This document shows positions 62,678 through 64,000 of a stretch of 64,000 nt of DNA, piece after piece. The notes under the pieces are model-generated. The model searched no databases, was not told the DNA's origin, and worked only from the letters and a program-made list of their open reading frames with translations. Location: assembly GCA_964600315.1 (NCBI GenBank), contig CAZRKS010000001.1, positions 7,078-71,077 of the forward strand, given 5' to 3'. Positions within the stretch are counted from its first letter, which is position 1. Each line of letters begins with the position of its first letter. The translations under genes and the position numbers were made by a program. This DNA is from an uncultured Steroidobacteraceae bacterium (GTDB taxonomy: Bacteria; Pseudomonadota; Gammaproteobacteria; Steroidobacterales; Steroidobacteraceae).

Positions 62678-63859
62678 TCAGATCACCTGCTGGTCGTGCA
62701 ACTCCTGCACTTCCCGGGCGCCATAGCCCAGGCTGCGCAGGATCTCGTCACTGTGTTCGCCCAGCCGGGGTGGCCGGCGATCGACGGTGAACTGGAAGTC
62801 ACTCATCTTCACCGGGAAAGTGAAATGCCGATAGCGCTCACCGTCCGGGCCGACACCTTCGGCGACCATGCCCCGCGCCTGCGTCAAGGGATGCGCGACC
62901 ACCTCGTCCAGTCGCAGCACCGGCGTGGCGCAGCCATCGACGCCGTCGAGCAGGGACTGCCAGTCCGCCAGGGAGCGGCTGCGGACGAGTTCGGCGACTT
63001 CCGCCTTCGCGGCCGCCGCCTGCGGTCCCATCGCCCAGGCTTTCGGGATCAGGTCCGGTCGTCGCGCCGCCTCGCAGAGCGCCTGCCAGAATTGCGGCTC
63101 GAGCGCACCGAGCGCCAGCCAGCGGCCATCCGCGGTCTCATACACGCCGTAACAAGGGAGGCAACCGGTCACATAGTCTTCGCCGCGCGCCATCGGCTGG
63201 CCCTGGCCATAGGTGTCCATGGCCGCCATCGCCGACACCATGTTGACCAGACTGGCGTCGGTCATCGAGACATCGAGATACCGGCCGCGACCGCTGCGCC
63301 CGGCGTCGAGCAGCGCGGCCAGCACCGTCATCGCTGCAGTCAATGCTCCGCCCGCCACGTCGCCCACCTGGAATCCGCCCGGCGCCGGCGGACCGCCGGC
63401 GGTGCCGCTTTGTTCGAGGACGCCCGCCATGCTCTGGTAGTTGATGTCGTGGCCGCCGAGCTGCGACCACGGTCCGTCCTGCCCGTAGCCCGAGATGGAG
63501 CAATAGACGAGGCGTGGATTGACGGCCCGGAGCGCTTCGTATCCCAGGCCGAGTCGATTCATCACGCCGGGACGGAAGCCCTCGATCAGGACATCGACCT
63601 CGCCCGCGAGCCGCCTGGCGATGGCAGCGCCCTCCGGACGGCGCAGGTCGAGCGCCAGCGAACGCTTGTTGCGATTGAGCAGCAGGAACATCCGCGAGGT
63701 TCCTCCCCCCGGCTGCGGCCGCGCGAGATCGCCGCCCACGCGGTTCTCGACCTTGATCACGTCGGCCCCGAGGTCGCCGAGGTGCTGGGTTGCCAGTGGC
63801 CCGGGCAGGTATTGCGTGAAGTCGAGGACGCGGATTCCAGAAAGCGGCTTGTCGTGCAT
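62678..63859 (-). CDS. family III CoA-transferase (CaiB/BaiF / alpha-methylacyl-CoA racemase-like)
   Basis: 393 aa. GIRVLDFTQYLPGPLATQHLGDLGADVIKVE, NRNKRSLALDL and VLIEGFRPG are hallmark family III motifs. Confidence 0.85.
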   Translation of the reverse strand: MHDKPLSGIRVLDFTQYLPGPLATQHLGDLGADVIKVENRVGGDLARPQPGGGTSRMFLLLNRNKRSLALDLRRPEGAAIARRLAGEVDVLIEGFRPGVMNRLGLGYEALRAVNPRLVYCSISGYGQDGPWSQLGGHDINYQSMAGVLEQSGTAGGPPAPGGFQVGDVAGGALTAAMTVLAALLDAGRSGRGRYLDVSMTDASLVNMVSAMAAMDTYGQGQPMARGEDYVTGCLPCYGVYETADGRWLALGALEPQFWQALCEAARRPDLIPKAWAMGPQAAAAKAEVAELVRSRSLADWQSLLDGVDGCATPVLRLDEVVAHPLTQARGMVAEGVGPDGERYRHFTFPVKMSDFQFTVDRRPPRLGEHSDEILRSLGYGAREVQELHDQQVI

Positions 63860-64000
63860 CGTCAGGTTCCCGAGGGTTGAGTGCGCCCTGCGACGTCAGG
63901 CGCATGGCCGCTTGCATGCTGTGTGCGCCCGGCGCTCCCGTCAAACGGCGCCCGGCACCGGGAACCGCTTCGCGACGGCGGAATCCGGCCATCGCGGCGG

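Noticed and set aside
63941-63954. CAAACGGCGCCCGG upstream of the family III CoA-transferase, and GAAACGGCAGCC at 53612-53623 upstream of gamma 1
   Set aside because: They share only the CAAACGG/AAACGG core with the 13-mer and match the palindrome arms at 3/8 positions or fewer. The hexamer also occurs inside coding regions, for example near 1931 and 57250. This is too weak to call.
1-64000. Search for CRISPR arrays, tRNA/rRNA genes, IS elements, integrases, toxin-antitoxin or phage-defence genes
   Set aside because: I saw no direct-repeat/spacer arrays, cloverleaf-like or rRNA-like segments, transposase/integrase-like ORFs or terminal inverted repeats. The intergenic gaps are all 285 nt or shorter. 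The window reads as a metabolic island, not a mobile or defence locus.

Overview
Very GC-rich, densely coding bacterial segment. I call 55 CDSs and saw no rRNA, tRNA, CRISPR array or IS/transposase. Many long antisense shadow ORFs in the track are compositional artefacts, and several track ORFs were trimmed to internal starts, each checked codon by codon against the sequence.

Blocks:
(1) 1-10040, minus strand: steroid C/D-ring (HIP)-type beta-oxidation operon. It holds an IpdAB-like two-subunit CoA-transferase, an IpdC-like nitronate-monooxygenase-fold reductase, a crotonase, thiolases, an SCPx-thiolase plus DUF35 pair, an alpha/beta acyl-CoA dehydrogenase (ACAD) pair and an MFE-2-type SDR.
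(2) 10.3-25.7 kb: redox and oxygenase genes. These are a Baeyer-Villiger monooxygenase with SDR and esterase, an acyl-CoA synthetase, a second ACAD pair, an HsdA-like 3alpha-hydroxysteroid dehydrogenase, a cytochrome P450, an OYE/FadH/BaiH-type flavoenzyme and further SDRs.
(3) 25.7-39.8 kb: neutral-lipid block. One minus-strand string carries four tandem WS/DGAT acyltransferases, a TetR, a phasin-like protein, a hemerythrin-domain protein and a lipase/esterase. Next to it are an acyl-CoA synthetase and a two-domain fatty acyl-CoA reductase.
(4) 39.8-47.2 kb: exported serine hydrolase, FGly-type sulfatase, SDRs and a tandem DUF1254/DUF1214 pair.
(5) 48.3-61.5 kb: two paralogous EbdABCD/steroid-C25-dehydrogenase-type molybdenum hydroxylase operons with different gene orders. 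The second is fused to a TetR and a CrtI-like FAD oxidoreductase.
(6) 61.6-63.9 kb: luciferase-like oxidoreductase and a family III CoA-transferase (racemase-like).

A 20-bp palindromic operator-like motif, CATCGTCC-N4-GGACGATG, recurs in six intergenic regions. Three of these share an exact 13-mer. The motif links the steroid-type catabolic units with the WS/DGAT lipid-storage block.

The most promising candidates for something undescribed are the phasin/hemerythrin/WS/DGAT lipid-body module under this shared operator, and the two Mo-hydroxylase operons sitting beside O2-dependent oxygenases.
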